In this document: piece by piece, positions 30,640 to 43,020 of the stretch
How the letters are laid out: each line of letters begins with the position of its first letter
Position numbering within the stretch: position 1 is the first letter of the stretch
Origin: Escherichia phage vB_EcoM_SQ17
Strand: one strand, 5' to 3'
Sequence record: MW882907
DNA: 64,000 bases
The notes under the pieces: generated by a model
Database searches by the model: none
Told to the model about the DNA's origin: nothing
What the model saw: only the letters and a program-made list of their open reading frames with translations
Program-made: the position numbers and the translations under genes

Positions 30640-31390
30640 TTCAAATTTATTTGCAAAGTTAGAAAACCGAGAAGGCTATTCTAAAACTAATGAAACCGAG
30701 ATTTTAAACAAATACGTGAACTTCAACAAATACGAAAATAGTCAAACCCTAGCTGATGTGTTAGTAGCAGAAAGCATACAGATGCGCGGTATTGAATGTT
30801 TTTATGTTCCACGTGAATATGTTGCTGTGGACCTTATCTTTGGTGAGGACCTTAAAAATAAATTTACTAAAGCATGGAAATTTGCTGCATATCTGAACTC
30901 ATTTGAAGGTTATGAAGGAGCGAAATCGTTCTTCAGCAACTTCGGAATGCAAGTTCAAGACGAAGTTACATTATCTATTAACCCAGGTCTTTTCAAACAC
31001 CAGGTCAACAATCAGGAGCCCAAGGAAGGTGATTTAATATACTTCCCAATGGACAACAGTTTGTTTGAGATTAACTGGGTTGAACCATATGACCCATTCT
31101 ATCAAGTAGGTAAAAATGCGATTCGTAAAATTACTGCAGGCAAGTTTATTTACTCTGGTGAAGAAATCAATCCGGTGCTTCAGAAAAATGAAGGTATCAA
31201 TATACCTGAATTTAGTGACTTGGAACTTAACCCTGTTAGAAATCTTGACGGTATCCATGACATTAATATCGATGAATATTCTGAAGTTGAGCAAATCAAT
31301 TCAGAGGCAAGTGAATACGTTGAGCCGTATGTAGTAGTTAACAACCGTGGTAGACAAAATTCACCCTTTGATGACGGATTTATGAATTAA
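30626..31390 (+). CDS. 14: neck protein gp14
   Basis: 254 aa, [15 protein letters not shown]..., synteny. Confidence 0.85.
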   Translation: MSTYNSNLFAKLENREGYSKTNETEILNKYVNFNKYENSQTLADVLVAESIQMRGIECFYVPREYVAVDLIFGEDLKNKFTKAWKFAAYLNSFEGYEGAKSFFSNFGMQVQDEVTLSINPGLFKHQVNNQEPKEGDLIYFPMDNSLFEINWVEPYDPFYQVGKNAIRKITAGKFIYSGEEINPVLQKNEGINIPEFSDLELNPVRNLDGIHDINIDEYSEVEQINSEASEYVEPYVVVNNRGRQNSPFDDGFMN

Positions 31391-31442
31391 TAAATAGATA
31401 AGATAAAGCAAACACCGGTCGAAAGGCCGGTTAGGAGAAATG

Positions 31443-32264
31443 ATGTTTGGTTATTTTTACAACTCGTCGTTCAGGCGATATATCACAATGATGGGCGATT
31501 TGTTTTCAAATATCCAAGTTAACCGTCAATTGTCTACAGGCAATAAATTAATTAGAGTTCCTATTACGTACGCATCTAAAGAGCACTTTATGATGAAACT
31601 TAATAAATGGACCTCTATAAACTCACAAGAAGATGTGGCTAAAGTCGAAACTATTCTACCACGTATAAATCTCCAAATGGTAGATTTCGTTTATAACCCA
31701 ACGTTTAAAACGAATATATTGAATAACTCTCTTTTGAGTAAATCGACTAAGGATATTGTAGACCAATACAACCCATCACCAATTAAAATGATTTTTGAAC
31801 TGAGCATCTTTACTCGTTATGAAGATGATATGTTCCAAATCGTTGAGCAAATTATTCCATATTTTCAGCCGCATTTTAATACGACTATGATTGAGCAATA
31901 TGGGCAGGATATTCCATTTGAAAGGGATATTAAAGTCGTATGGATGTCAGCAGCAATGGATGAACAAATAGACGGTGATAATTTATCCCGTCGACGTTTA
32001 GAGTGGTCATTAACATTTGAAGTAAATGGATGGATGTATCCTCCGGTAGGCGCAGCAGAAGGCCTTATTAAAACGACTTATCTTGATTTTCATGCTAATG
32101 AACGAGACCTTCAAACAGCCGCCAGCGTTTTTGAATCAGTTGATACAGAAATTAAACCGAGAGACGTTGAAGCCCAAGATTGGAATGGCGAAGTTGAACA
32201 AACTTATACTCATGATATTCCAATCCCGACTCCACCAACCCCTCCTGGTCCTAGAAAACAATAA
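31443..32264 (+). CDS. 15: tail sheath stabiliser/terminator gp15
   Basis: MFGYFYNSSFRRY... match to T4 gp15. Confidence 0.9.
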   Translation: MFGYFYNSSFRRYITMMGDLFSNIQVNRQLSTGNKLIRVPITYASKEHFMMKLNKWTSINSQEDVAKVETILPRINLQMVDFVYNPTFKTNILNNSLLSKSTKDIVDQYNPSPIKMIFELSIFTRYEDDMFQIVEQIIPYFQPHFNTTMIEQYGQDIPFERDIKVVWMSAAMDEQIDGDNLSRRRLEWSLTFEVNGWMYPPVGAAEGLIKTTYLDFHANERDLQTAASVFESVDTEIKPRDVEAQDWNGEVEQTYTHDIPIPTPPTPPGPRKQ

Positions 32265-34590
<2,326 letters not shown>

Positions 34591-34617
34591 AAATAAAGCA
34601 AATTAAGAGGAATTAAA

Positions 34618-36600
34618 ATGGCACTTCTCTCTCCGGGCGTTGAGCTCAAAGAAACTACCGTACAGAGTACTGTAGTTAATAACTCCACTGGTACTGCTGC
34701 CCTGGCTGGAAAATTCCAATGGGGACCTGCATTCCAGATTAAACAAATCACTGATGAAGTTGCATTAGTTGATATGTTTGGTACTCCTAATACAGATACA
34801 GCAGATTATTTCATGTCTGCTATGAACTTCCTTCAATATGGTAATGACCTTCGTGTTGTACGCGCAGTTGATCGTGATACTGCTAAGAACTCATCTCCTG
34901 TAGCAGGCAATATTGAATTCACAATCTCTGCTGCTGGTAGTAACTATGCAGTTGGTGATAAAATTATCGTTAAGTATTTGACCGAAACTGTTGAAGCAGA
35001 TGGTTATGTCACTTCAGTTGATGTCGATGGTAAAATTCTTAACATTTATATCCCAACCGGTAAAATTATTGCTCGTGCAAAAGAAATTAATGAATATCCG
35101 GCATTGGGTTCTAACTGGACCGCCGAAGTTGCCAGTTCTTCTTCTGGACTCTCTGGCGTTATTACAATTGGTTCTATCGTAACCGATTCAGGTATTCTGT
35201 TAACTGAAGTTGAAACTTCTGAAGAAGCTATTACTTCTCTAACTTTCCAAGAATCTATTAAAAAATATGATGTCCCAGGCGTAGTTGCTCTTTATCCTGG
35301 TGAACTTGGCGACCAGCTCGAAATTGAAATCGTATCTAAAGCAGACTATGACAAAGGTGCTTCAGCCCAGTTAAAAATTTATCCTGATGGTGGTACTCGT
35401 GCATCTACTGCTAAAGCAATCTTTGGGTATGGCCCACAAACTGATGACCAATATGCAATTATCGTTCGTCGTAACGATGCTGTAGTTCAGAGCGTAATTC
35501 TTTCTACTAAACGTGGTGAACGCGATATTTATGGTAGTAATATCTTTATTGATGATTTCTTTGCTAAAGGCGCAAGCAATTATATTTTCGCTACTGCACA
35601 AGGTTGGCCAAAAGGTTTCTCTGGCGTAATCAAACTGGGTGGCGGCTTATCATCTAATGAAACGGTTGACGCTGGTGATTTAATGGAAGCTTGGGATTTG
35701 TTTGCTGACCGCGAATCTGTTAATGCGCAGTTGTTTATTGCCGGTTCTTGTGCAGGTGAATCTTTAGAAGTTGCTTCTACAGTTCAGAAACATGTTGTAG
35801 CAATTGGTGATTCTCGCCAAGATTGCTTGGTTCTTTGCTCACCGCCACGTGCAACTATAGTCGGTATTCCTGTTAATCGTGCAGTTGATAATCTGGTTGA
35901 TTGGCGTACTGCGTCAGGAACTTACACTGATAATAACTTTAATGTAAGTTCTACTTACGCTGCTATTGACGGTAACTATAAATATCAATATGATAAATAT
36001 AATGATGTGAATCGTTGGGTTCCGTTAGCTGCTGATATCGCCGGTCTTTGTGCTCGCACAGACAATATTTCTCAGCCTTGGATGTCTCCTGCTGGTTATA
36101 ACCGTGGTCAAATTCTTAACGTTATTAAGCTTGCAATTGAAACTCGCCAACCACAGCGTGATCGTTTGTATCAAGAAGCTATTAACCCTGTTACTGGTAC
36201 CGGTGGTGATGGGTATGTTCTGTACGGTGATAAAACTGCCACTTCTGTTCCTTCACCATTTGACCGTATTAACGTTCGTCGTTTGTTCAATATGGTTAAA
36301 ACGAACATTGGTTCAGCATCTAAATATCGCCTGTTTGAATTGAACAACGCATTCACCCGTTCTTCTTTCCGTACAGAGACTTCCCAGTATCTACAGGGTA
36401 TTAAAGCTCTCGGTGGTGTATATAACTTTAAAGTTGTTTGTGATACTACCAATAACACCCCAGCAGTTATCGACCGTAATGAATTTGTAGCTACTTTCTA
36501 CTTACAACCTGCCCGCTCGATAAATTATATTACGTTGAACTTTGTAGCAACAGCAACTGGTGCCGATTTCGACGAACTAATTGGTGCTGTAGGTGGCTAA
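34618..36600 (+). CDS. 18: tail sheath protein gp18
   Basis: 660 aa, MALLSPGVELKETTVQS..., synteny. Confidence 0.95.
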   Translation: MALLSPGVELKETTVQSTVVNNSTGTAALAGKFQWGPAFQIKQITDEVALVDMFGTPNTDTADYFMSAMNFLQYGNDLRVVRAVDRDTAKNSSPVAGNIEFTISAAGSNYAVGDKIIVKYLTETVEADGYVTSVDVDGKILNIYIPTGKIIARAKEINEYPALGSNWTAEVASSSSGLSGVITIGSIVTDSGILLTEVETSEEAITSLTFQESIKKYDVPGVVALYPGELGDQLEIEIVSKADYDKGASAQLKIYPDGGTRASTAKAIFGYGPQTDDQYAIIVRRNDAVVQSVILSTKRGERDIYGSNIFIDDFFAKGASNYIFATAQGWPKGFSGVIKLGGGLSSNETVDAGDLMEAWDLFADRESVNAQLFIAGSCAGESLEVASTVQKHVVAIGDSRQDCLVLCSPPRATIVGIPVNRAVDNLVDWRTASGTYTDNNFNVSSTYAAIDGNYKYQYDKYNDVNRWVPLAADIAGLCARTDNISQPWMSPAGYNRGQILNVIKLAIETRQPQRDRLYQEAINPVTGTGGDGYVLYGDKTATSVPSPFDRINVRRLFNMVKTNIGSASKYRLFELNNAFTRSSFRTETSQYLQGIKALGGVYNFKVVCDTTNNTPAVIDRNEFVATFYLQPARSINYITLNFVATATGADFDELIGAVGG

Positions 36601-36613
36601 TAAGACGCCTGAT

Positions 36614-36631
36614 GGGCTATTTCGGTAGCCC
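36614..36631 (+). terminator. hairpin GGGCTA-TTTCGG-TAGCCC
   Basis: 6-bp stem after gene 18. Confidence 0.5.
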
Positions 36632-36632
36632 A

Positions 36633-36640
36633 TATAAATA
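36633..36640 (+). promoter_or_regulatory. late promoter TATAAATA (gene 19)
   Basis: exact TATAAATA directly after hairpin. Confidence 0.6.
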
Positions 36641-36712
36641 TATTATATCGTTTAAAAATTAATTCTATGGGCATCAGGTTAATCCTAAGCCCATATTACT
36701 ACAGAGGCTAAT

Positions 36713-37204
36713 ATGTTTGTAGATGACGTAACTCGTGCCTTCGAATCAGGTGATTTCGCTCGCCCTAACCTATTCGAAGTAGAAATCTCTTATCTTGGGC
36801 AAAACTTTAGCTTCCAGTGTCGTGCTACGGCTCTTCCTGCTGCGATCGTTGAAAAGGTTCCTGTTTCTTATATGAACCGTAAAATTAACGTGGCCGGTGA
36901 CCGTACATTCGATGATTGGACTATTACAGTAATGAACGACGATGCTCATAGTATTCGTCAGAAATTTGTTGATTGGCAAGGTATTGCAGCAGGACAAGGT
37001 AATGAAATTACCGGCGGTAAACCTGCTGAATATAAAAAGACTGCTATCGTTCGTCAATTTGCTCGTGATGCTAAAACTGTCACTAAAGAAGTTGAAATTG
37101 TTGGCTTGTGGCCTACTAACGTTGGTGAAGTATCTCTTGACTGGGACAGCAATAACGAGATTGAAACGTTCGAAGTAACTCTTGCTCTTGATTGGTGGGA
37201 ATAA
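36713..37204 (+). CDS. 19: tail tube protein gp19
   Basis: 163 aa, MFVDDVTRAFESGDFARPNLFEVEI... Confidence 0.95.
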   Translation: MFVDDVTRAFESGDFARPNLFEVEISYLGQNFSFQCRATALPAAIVEKVPVSYMNRKINVAGDRTFDDWTITVMNDDAHSIRQKFVDWQGIAAGQGNEITGGKPAEYKKTAIVRQFARDAKTVTKEVEIVGLWPTNVGEVSLDWDSNNEIETFEVTLALDWWE

Positions 37205-37211
37205 TCTGGTT

Positions 37212-37225
37212 GGGGAGAAATCCCC
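37212..37225 (+). terminator. hairpin GGGGAG-AA-ATCCCC
   Basis: short GC hairpin after gene 19. Confidence 0.4.
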
Positions 37226-37252
37226 AGCTTCCCGTGATGACGGAGAAGTCCA

Positions 37253-37260
37253 TATAAATA
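37253..37260 (+). promoter_or_regulatory. late promoter TATAAATA (gene 20)
   Basis: exact TATAAATA ~28 nt before gp20 start. Confidence 0.6.
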
Positions 37261-37288
37261 TAACTATAATTCCCATTCGGAGAATACA

Positions 37289-38860
37289 ATGAAATTTAAT
37301 ATCTTAAGTTTGTTTGCTCCATGGGCAAAAATGGACGAACGTGATTACAAAGACCAAGAAAAAGAAAATTTAGAATCGATCACCACACCAAAATTAGACG
37401 ACGGCGCTAAAGAATACGAAGTATCTGAAAATGAAGCACAGCAAACATATAATGCTATGTTTCAGAGAATGTTCGGTAGCCAAGAACCAGGGCTCAAATC
37501 AACCCGTGAATTAATCGATACGTATCGAAATTTGATGACGAACTATGAAGTGGATAATGCAGTCTCTGAAATAGTTTCTGATGCTATCGTATATGAAGAT
37601 GATACAGAAGTCGTTTCTATAAATTTAGATAACACAAAATTTAGTCCAAATATCAAATCAATGATGTTGGATGAATTTAACGAAGTGTTAAATCATTTAT
37701 CTTTCCAACGTAAAGGTTCAGATCATTTTAGACGTTGGTATGTGGATTCTCGAATTTTCTTCCATAAAATTATTGACCCTAAACGCCCTAAAGAAGGTAT
37801 TAAAGAGCTTCGTCGTTTAGACCCACGTCAAGTTCAATATGTCCGTGAAGTTATTACAACCACTGAAGCCGGTGTTAAAATAGTCAAGGGTTATAAAGAA
37901 TATTTCATTTATGACACATCACACGAATCTTATGCTTGTGATGGTCGCATATATGAAGCTGGCACAAAAATAAAAATCCCTAAAGCCGCGATTGTTTATG
38001 CCCATTCTGGTTTAGTTGATTGTTGTGGTAAAAATATCATTGGTTATTTGCATCGGGCTATTAAGCCGGCGAACCAATTAAAACTTCTTGAAGATGCCGT
38101 CGTAATTTATCGTATTACTCGTGCTCCTGATCGTCGTGTATGGTATGTTGATACAGGTAATATGCCTTCAAGAAAAGCAGCAGAACATATGCAACATGTT
38201 ATGAATACGATGAAAAACCGTATTGCATATGATGCTACTACAGGCAAGATTAAAAACCAGCAGCATATTATGTCGATGACCGAAGATTATTGGTTACAAC
38301 GACGTGATGGTAAAGCGGTAACAGAAGTTGATACATTGCCTGGTGCAGATAATACTGGAAATATGGAAGATGTACGTTGGTTCCGTAATGCGCTTTATAT
38401 GGCTTTACGTATTCCTATTACCCGTATTCCAAGTGACCAAGGTGGTATACAGTTTGATGCTGGTACTTCTATTACACGAGATGAATTGACATTTGGTAAA
38501 TTTATTCGTGAGCTGCAACATAAATTTGAAGAGATATTCCTAGACCCGCTTAAAACTAATTTAATTCTTAAAGGAATTATTACAGAAGATGAGTGGAATG
38601 ATGAAATAAATAATATTAAGATAAAATTTCATCGGGATAGTTATTTCTCGGAATTAAAGGATGCTGAGATTCTGGAGCGTCGCATTAATATGCTTCAGAT
38701 GGCCGAACCATTTATTGGTAAATATATTTCTCACAGAACAGCTATGAAAGATATTCTTCAGATGTCTGACGAGGAAATTGAACAAGAGGCTAAGCAAATT
38801 GAAGAAGAGTCGAAAGAGGCTCGTTTCCAAGACCCCGACCAAGAACAAGAGGATTTTTAA
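37289..38860 (+). CDS. 20: portal vertex protein gp20
   Basis: 523 aa, synteny. Confidence 0.95.
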   Translation: MKFNILSLFAPWAKMDERDYKDQEKENLESITTPKLDDGAKEYEVSENEAQQTYNAMFQRMFGSQEPGLKSTRELIDTYRNLMTNYEVDNAVSEIVSDAIVYEDDTEVVSINLDNTKFSPNIKSMMLDEFNEVLNHLSFQRKGSDHFRRWYVDSRIFFHKIIDPKRPKEGIKELRRLDPRQVQYVREVITTTEAGVKIVKGYKEYFIYDTSHESYACDGRIYEAGTKIKIPKAAIVYAHSGLVDCCGKNIIGYLHRAIKPANQLKLLEDAVVIYRITRAPDRRVWYVDTGNMPSRKAAEHMQHVMNTMKNRIAYDATTGKIKNQQHIMSMTEDYWLQRRDGKAVTEVDTLPGADNTGNMEDVRWFRNALYMALRIPITRIPSDQGGIQFDAGTSITRDELTFGKFIRELQHKFEEIFLDPLKTNLILKGIITEDEWNDEINNIKIKFHRDSYFSELKDAEILERRINMLQMAEPFIGKYISHRTAMKDILQMSDEEIEQEAKQIEEESKEARFQDPDQEQEDF

Positions 38861-39090
38861 TGGACGATTTAATTCAAGCTATTAAATCAAACGACCTCGT
38901 TGCTACTCGAAAGTTTTTTGAAAGTGCAATGGCAGAAAAAACGGTTCGTTTGATTGAAGCACGCAAAGCAGAAATCGCTTCTCAATTTTTGATTGAAGGC
39001 GAAGAACCCGAAGAAGGAGAGAAAGCTTCGGAAGACGACGCTGATGAAGGCGATGACGACGAAGACGAAGATGATGAGGACGATGAATAA
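38860..39090 (+). CDS. 67: prohead core protein gp67
   Basis: 76 aa with acidic C-terminal tail, synteny. Confidence 0.8.
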   Translation: MDDLIQAIKSNDLVATRKFFESAMAEKTVRLIEARKAEIASQFLIEGEEPEEGEKASEDDADEGDDDEDEDDEDDE

Positions 39091-39515
39091 TGTATCTTAT
39101 CCCTGAATCTTATGAATTGGTACTCGAAAATGTCGAAGCACTTATTCCTGAAGCACAGGGCCGAATCGATGCATTGTCTTCTGCTCTCGATATTGACGAT
39201 ATAAATACTATTATCGAGAACATGCTTGAAACTGAAACGGATTTAGCTGTTGCAATGGCTTCCATTATTAATGAAGAACAGTTAAATGAGTTTATCGTTA
39301 AACATGTTTCTTCTCGTGGTGAAGTCACTCGCACTAAAGACCGTAAAACTCGTGAACGTAACGCGTTCCAAACAACTGGTCTTTCTAAAGCAAAACGTAG
39401 ACAAATCGCTCGTAAGGTCGTTAAAGCTAAAAAAGCTAACCCTTCAGGCCAAGTTAAAGGCTTGCGTAAGCGTAAAAAAGCTCTTAAACGTCGTAAAGCA
39501 TTAGGATTAAGCTAA
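39090..39515 (+). CDS. 68: prohead core protein gp68
   Basis: 141 aa, basic C-terminus, synteny. Confidence 0.8.
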   Translation: MYLIPESYELVLENVEALIPEAQGRIDALSSALDIDDINTIIENMLETETDLAVAMASIINEEQLNEFIVKHVSSRGEVTRTKDRKTRERNAFQTTGLSKAKRRQIARKVVKAKKANPSGQVKGLRKRKKALKRRKALGLS

Positions 39516-40156
39516 TGAATAAACCCGAGTTACTTATTGAAACTTGGGGTCAACCCGGTGAGATTATTGATGGCGTTCCAATGTTGGAATCTCATGATGG
39601 AAAAGATTCTGGCTTAAAACCAGGGCTTTATATAGAAGGTATTTTTCTTCAGGCAGAGGTTGTTAACCGAAATAAACGTTTATATCCTAAACGCGTTTTG
39701 GAAAAAGCAGTAAGTGACTATATTAAAGAACAAGTCGAAACCAAACAAGCCCTTGGAGAATTAAACCATCCGCCTCGTGCAAATGTTGACCCCATGCAAG
39801 CCGCTATCATTATTGAAGATATGTGGTGGAAAGGAAACGATGTATATGGACGTGCTAGAATTATTGAAGGCGACCATGGTCCCGGCGATAAATTAGCTGC
39901 TAATATACGAGCTGGTTGGATTCCAGGTGTTTCCTCTCGTGGTCTTGGTTCTTTAACCGACACCAATAAAGGATACCGTATCGTGAACGAAGGATTTAAA
40001 TTAACCGTCGGCGTAGATGCTGTATGGGGACCTTCTGCTCCAGATGCTTGGGTTACTCCTAAACAAATATCAGAATCAGAAAATTCGGTGGAAATCACCA
40101 AAAACAGTGCTGACGAAGCATTTAAAGCTCTCGCAGAGAGTTTAAAAGCATTATAA
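39515..40156 (+). CDS. 21: prohead core protease gp21
   Basis: 213 aa, synteny between 68 and 22. Confidence 0.9.
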   Translation: MNKPELLIETWGQPGEIIDGVPMLESHDGKDSGLKPGLYIEGIFLQAEVVNRNKRLYPKRVLEKAVSDYIKEQVETKQALGELNHPPRANVDPMQAAIIIEDMWWKGNDVYGRARIIEGDHGPGDKLAANIRAGWIPGVSSRGLGSLTDTNKGYRIVNEGFKLTVGVDAVWGPSAPDAWVTPKQISESENSVEITKNSADEAFKALAESLKAL

Positions 40157-40159
40157 ATA
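40152..40159 (+). promoter_or_regulatory. late promoter TATAAATA (gene 22)
   Basis: exact TATAAATA overlapping gene 21 stop. Confidence 0.6.
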
Positions 40160-40189
40160 ATAATGTAATCTAAACCACAGGACACTAAA

Positions 40190-41002
40190 ATGATCAAAGA
40201 ACAACTTTTGAAAGAAGCTCAGAACATCGAGACTTCAGTTGCTCTTAATAGTGTTTTCGAATCAGTAGAACTGTCTCCGGACGTTAAAGCTAATTTCAGC
40301 ACTGTATTCGAAGCCACCGTTAAGCAGGAAGCAGTCAAACTGGCTGAATCTCATATCAAAGCCATCGCCGAAAAGGCCGAAGAAGAAGTTGAAAAGGCTA
40401 AAGAAGATGCTGAAGAGAAAGCTGATAAAAAATTGGCCGAACAAGCTTCTAAATTCCTAGACCATCTTGCAAAAGAATGGCTCGCAGAAAACCAAATCGC
40501 AGTTGATAAAGGCATTAAAGCTGATTTGTTCGAATCCATGCTTGGTGGTCTTAAAGAACTGTTTGTTGAACATAACGTTGTTGTTCCAGAAGAATCTGTA
40601 GATGTTGTAGCAGAAATGGAAGAAGAGCTGGCCGAACATAAAGAAGAAACCGCTCGTTTGTTCGAAGAAGTTACCAAACGTGATGCATATATCAATTACG
40701 TTCAGCGTGAAACCGCTATTATTGAAAGCGTAAAAGACCTGACTGAATCTCAGAAAGAAAAAGTTATTGGCCTGGTTGAAGGTATGGATTATTCTGACGC
40801 ATTTGGTACTAAGTTAACTGCTATTGTAGAAATGGTTAAAGGTTCTACTAAAGAAGAAACCGCTATTACCGAAAGTATAAATACAGTTGACAATGACGCT
40901 GCCGGTCTTAATTTTGTTGCCGAAGCAGTTGACACTACCACAACTCAGGTAGAACAGAATTCTAATGTAAGTTTATATGCGAAAGTCGCATCTCGTTTCT
41001 AA
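40190..41002 (+). CDS. 22: prohead scaffold core protein gp22
   Basis: 270 aa, Glu/Lys-rich coiled coil. Confidence 0.9.
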   Translation: MIKEQLLKEAQNIETSVALNSVFESVELSPDVKANFSTVFEATVKQEAVKLAESHIKAIAEKAEEEVEKAKEDAEEKADKKLAEQASKFLDHLAKEWLAENQIAVDKGIKADLFESMLGGLKELFVEHNVVVPEESVDVVAEMEEELAEHKEETARLFEEVTKRDAYINYVQRETAIIESVKDLTESQKEKVIGLVEGMDYSDAFGTKLTAIVEMVKGSTKEETAITESINTVDNDAAGLNFVAEAVDTTTTQVEQNSNVSLYAKVASRF

Positions 41003-41019
41003 TTTAAAGGTTAACACAA

Positions 41020-42588
41020 ATGACTACTATCAAAACTAAAGCTCAGCTCGTAGACAAATGGAAAGAACTGCTGGAAGGTGAAGGCCTGCCGGAAATCGCT
41101 AATAGCAAGCAGGCTATTATCGCTAAAATCTTCGAAAACCAGGAAAAAGATTTCGAAGTATCCCCTGAATATAAAGACGAGAAAATCGCTCAGGCATTTG
41201 GTTCTTTCTTGACCGAAGCTGAAATTGGTGGTGACCACGGTTATAATGCTCAGAACATCGCAGCAGGTCAAACCTCTGGTGCAGTAACCCAGATTGGGCC
41301 GGCAGTTATGGGTATGGTTCGTCGTGCTATTCCTAATCTGATCGCTTTCGATATTTGTGGTGTTCAGCCTATGAACAGCCCTACCGGTCAGGTATTTGCT
41401 CTCCGTGCAGTATATGGTAAAGACCCTATCGCTGCTGACGCTAAAGAAGCTTTCCATCCGATGTATGCTCCAGACGCGATGTTCTCTGGTCAGGGTGCTG
41501 CTAAGAAATTCCCAGCTCTGGCTGCTAGCACACAAACCGTTGTAGGTGATATCTATACTCACTTCTTCCAGGACACTGGTACTGTGTATCTACAAGCTTC
41601 CGCTGTAGTAACAATTGATGCTGGCGCTACCGATGCAACTAAATTAGATGCTGAAATTAAGAAACAAATGGAAGCTGGTGCACTGGTAGAAATCGCTGAA
41701 GGTATGGCTACTTCTATCGCTGAACTTCAGGAAGGCTTCAATGGTTCTACCGACAACCCGTGGAACGAAATGGGCTTCCGTATCGACAAACAAGTTATTG
41801 AAGCTAAATCTCGTCAGCTGAAAGCAGCTTACTCCATCGAATTGGCACAAGACCTCCGTGCAGTACACGGTATGGATGCTGATGCTGAACTGAGCGGTAT
41901 TCTTGCTACTGAAATTATGCTGGAAATCAACCGTGAAGTTGTTGACTGGATTAACTACTCCGCTCAGGTTGGTAAATCTGGTATGACTAATATCGTTGGT
42001 TCTAAAGCTGGTGTATTTGACTTCCAGGACCCGATTGATATCCGTGGTGCTCGTTGGGCCGGTGAAAGCTTTAAAGCTCTGTTGTTCCAGATTGATAAAG
42101 AAGCAGTTGAAATTGCTCGTCAAACCGGCCGTGGTGAAGGTAACTTCATTATCGCTTCCCGTAACGTAGTTAACGTACTGGCTTCAGTTGATACTGGTAT
42201 TTCTTACGCTGCACAGGGTCTGGCTTCTGGTTTTAATACCGACACTACTAAATCTGTATTTGCCGGTGTACTTGGTGGTAAATACCGCGTATACATCGAC
42301 CAGTATGCTAAACAGGATTACTTCACCGTTGGTTACAAAGGTGCTAACGAAATGGATGCAGGTATTTACTATGCTCCTTACGTTGCACTTACCCCACTGC
42401 GTGGTTCCGATCCTAAGAACTTCCAGCCGGTAATGGGCTTTAAAACTCGTTACGGTATCGGTGTTAACCCGTTTGCTGAAAGTTCCCTGCAGGCTCCAGG
42501 TGCTCGCATCCAGTCCGGTATGCCGTCTATCCTGAACAGCCTTGGTAAGAACGCTTACTTTAGACGCGTCTACGTTAAAGGAATTTAA
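41020..42588 (+). CDS. 23: major capsid protein gp23
   Basis: 522 aa, synteny and highly expressed-type codon usage. Confidence 0.95.
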   Translation: MTTIKTKAQLVDKWKELLEGEGLPEIANSKQAIIAKIFENQEKDFEVSPEYKDEKIAQAFGSFLTEAEIGGDHGYNAQNIAAGQTSGAVTQIGPAVMGMVRRAIPNLIAFDICGVQPMNSPTGQVFALRAVYGKDPIAADAKEAFHPMYAPDAMFSGQGAAKKFPALAASTQTVVGDIYTHFFQDTGTVYLQASAVVTIDAGATDATKLDAEIKKQMEAGALVEIAEGMATSIAELQEGFNGSTDNPWNEMGFRIDKQVIEAKSRQLKAAYSIELAQDLRAVHGMDADAELSGILATEIMLEINREVVDWINYSAQVGKSGMTNIVGSKAGVFDFQDPIDIRGARWAGESFKALLFQIDKEAVEIARQTGRGEGNFIIASRNVVNVLASVDTGISYAAQGLASGFNTDTTKSVFAGVLGGKYRVYIDQYAKQDYFTVGYKGANEMDAGIYYAPYVALTPLRGSDPKNFQPVMGFKTRYGIGVNPFAESSLQAPGARIQSGMPSILNSLGKNAYFRRVYVKGI

Positions 42589-42617
42589 TGCTTTAACGTT
42601 AAAATACATAACCTTAT

Positions 42618-42635
42618 GGGAGACTTCGGTCTCCC
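42618..42635. terminator. hairpin GGGAGAC-TTCG-GTCTCCC (convergent terminator)
   Basis: same stem sequence as the hairpin after gene 8; lies between gene 23 (+) and a minus-strand ORF. Confidence 0.6.
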
Positions 42636-42650
42636 ATTCTTGTTTCTATA

Positions 42651-42932
42651 CTATGCAATCTTAACTCGGCGGTTGATGATATCACGGAAGTCAATACGAT
42701 TTTCTTGGATTTTCAGCCAGTTACCAGATTTGTCTTTGGTATGGGTAGAATATTCACCGTTCCACCAGAAGTCAGTTTCATAAGCCAGGGCTTCGTATTT
42801 CTTAACCAATGCATTAACTGCATTACCGTTAGGATTGGTACCAAATTTTTCTACCAGAGCTTTGATGTCTTTGTCAAGGTTAGAAAGTGTGGTACGGATA
42901 AAGTTTAATTTGTTCATTTTTAATCTCCTCAT
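42651..42932 (-). CDS. hypothetical early protein at the segD locus
   Basis: 93-aa ORF with its own early promoter, antisense within the late capsid cluster. Confidence 0.5.
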   Translation of the reverse strand: MRRLKMNKLNFIRTTLSNLDKDIKALVEKFGTNPNGNAVNALVKKYEALAYETDFWWNGEYSTHTKDKSGNWLKIQENRIDFRDIINRRVKIA

Positions 42933-42946
42933 GTTTTGATAGGTCT

Positions 42947-42976
42947 ATAGTAACACAACACTTTTTGTGTGTAAAC
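42947..42976 (-). promoter_or_regulatory. T4-type early promoter
   Basis: minus-strand GTTTAC, 18 nt, TACTAT. Confidence 0.5.
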
Positions 42977-42982
42977 CACTTT

Positions 42983-42990
42983 TATAAATA
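42983..42990 (+). promoter_or_regulatory. late promoter TATAAATA (gene 24)
   Basis: exact TATAAATA ~30 nt before gp24 start. Confidence 0.6.
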
Positions 42991-43020
42991 AAATTATATT
43001 CTCAATAAGGAAAAAATGCA

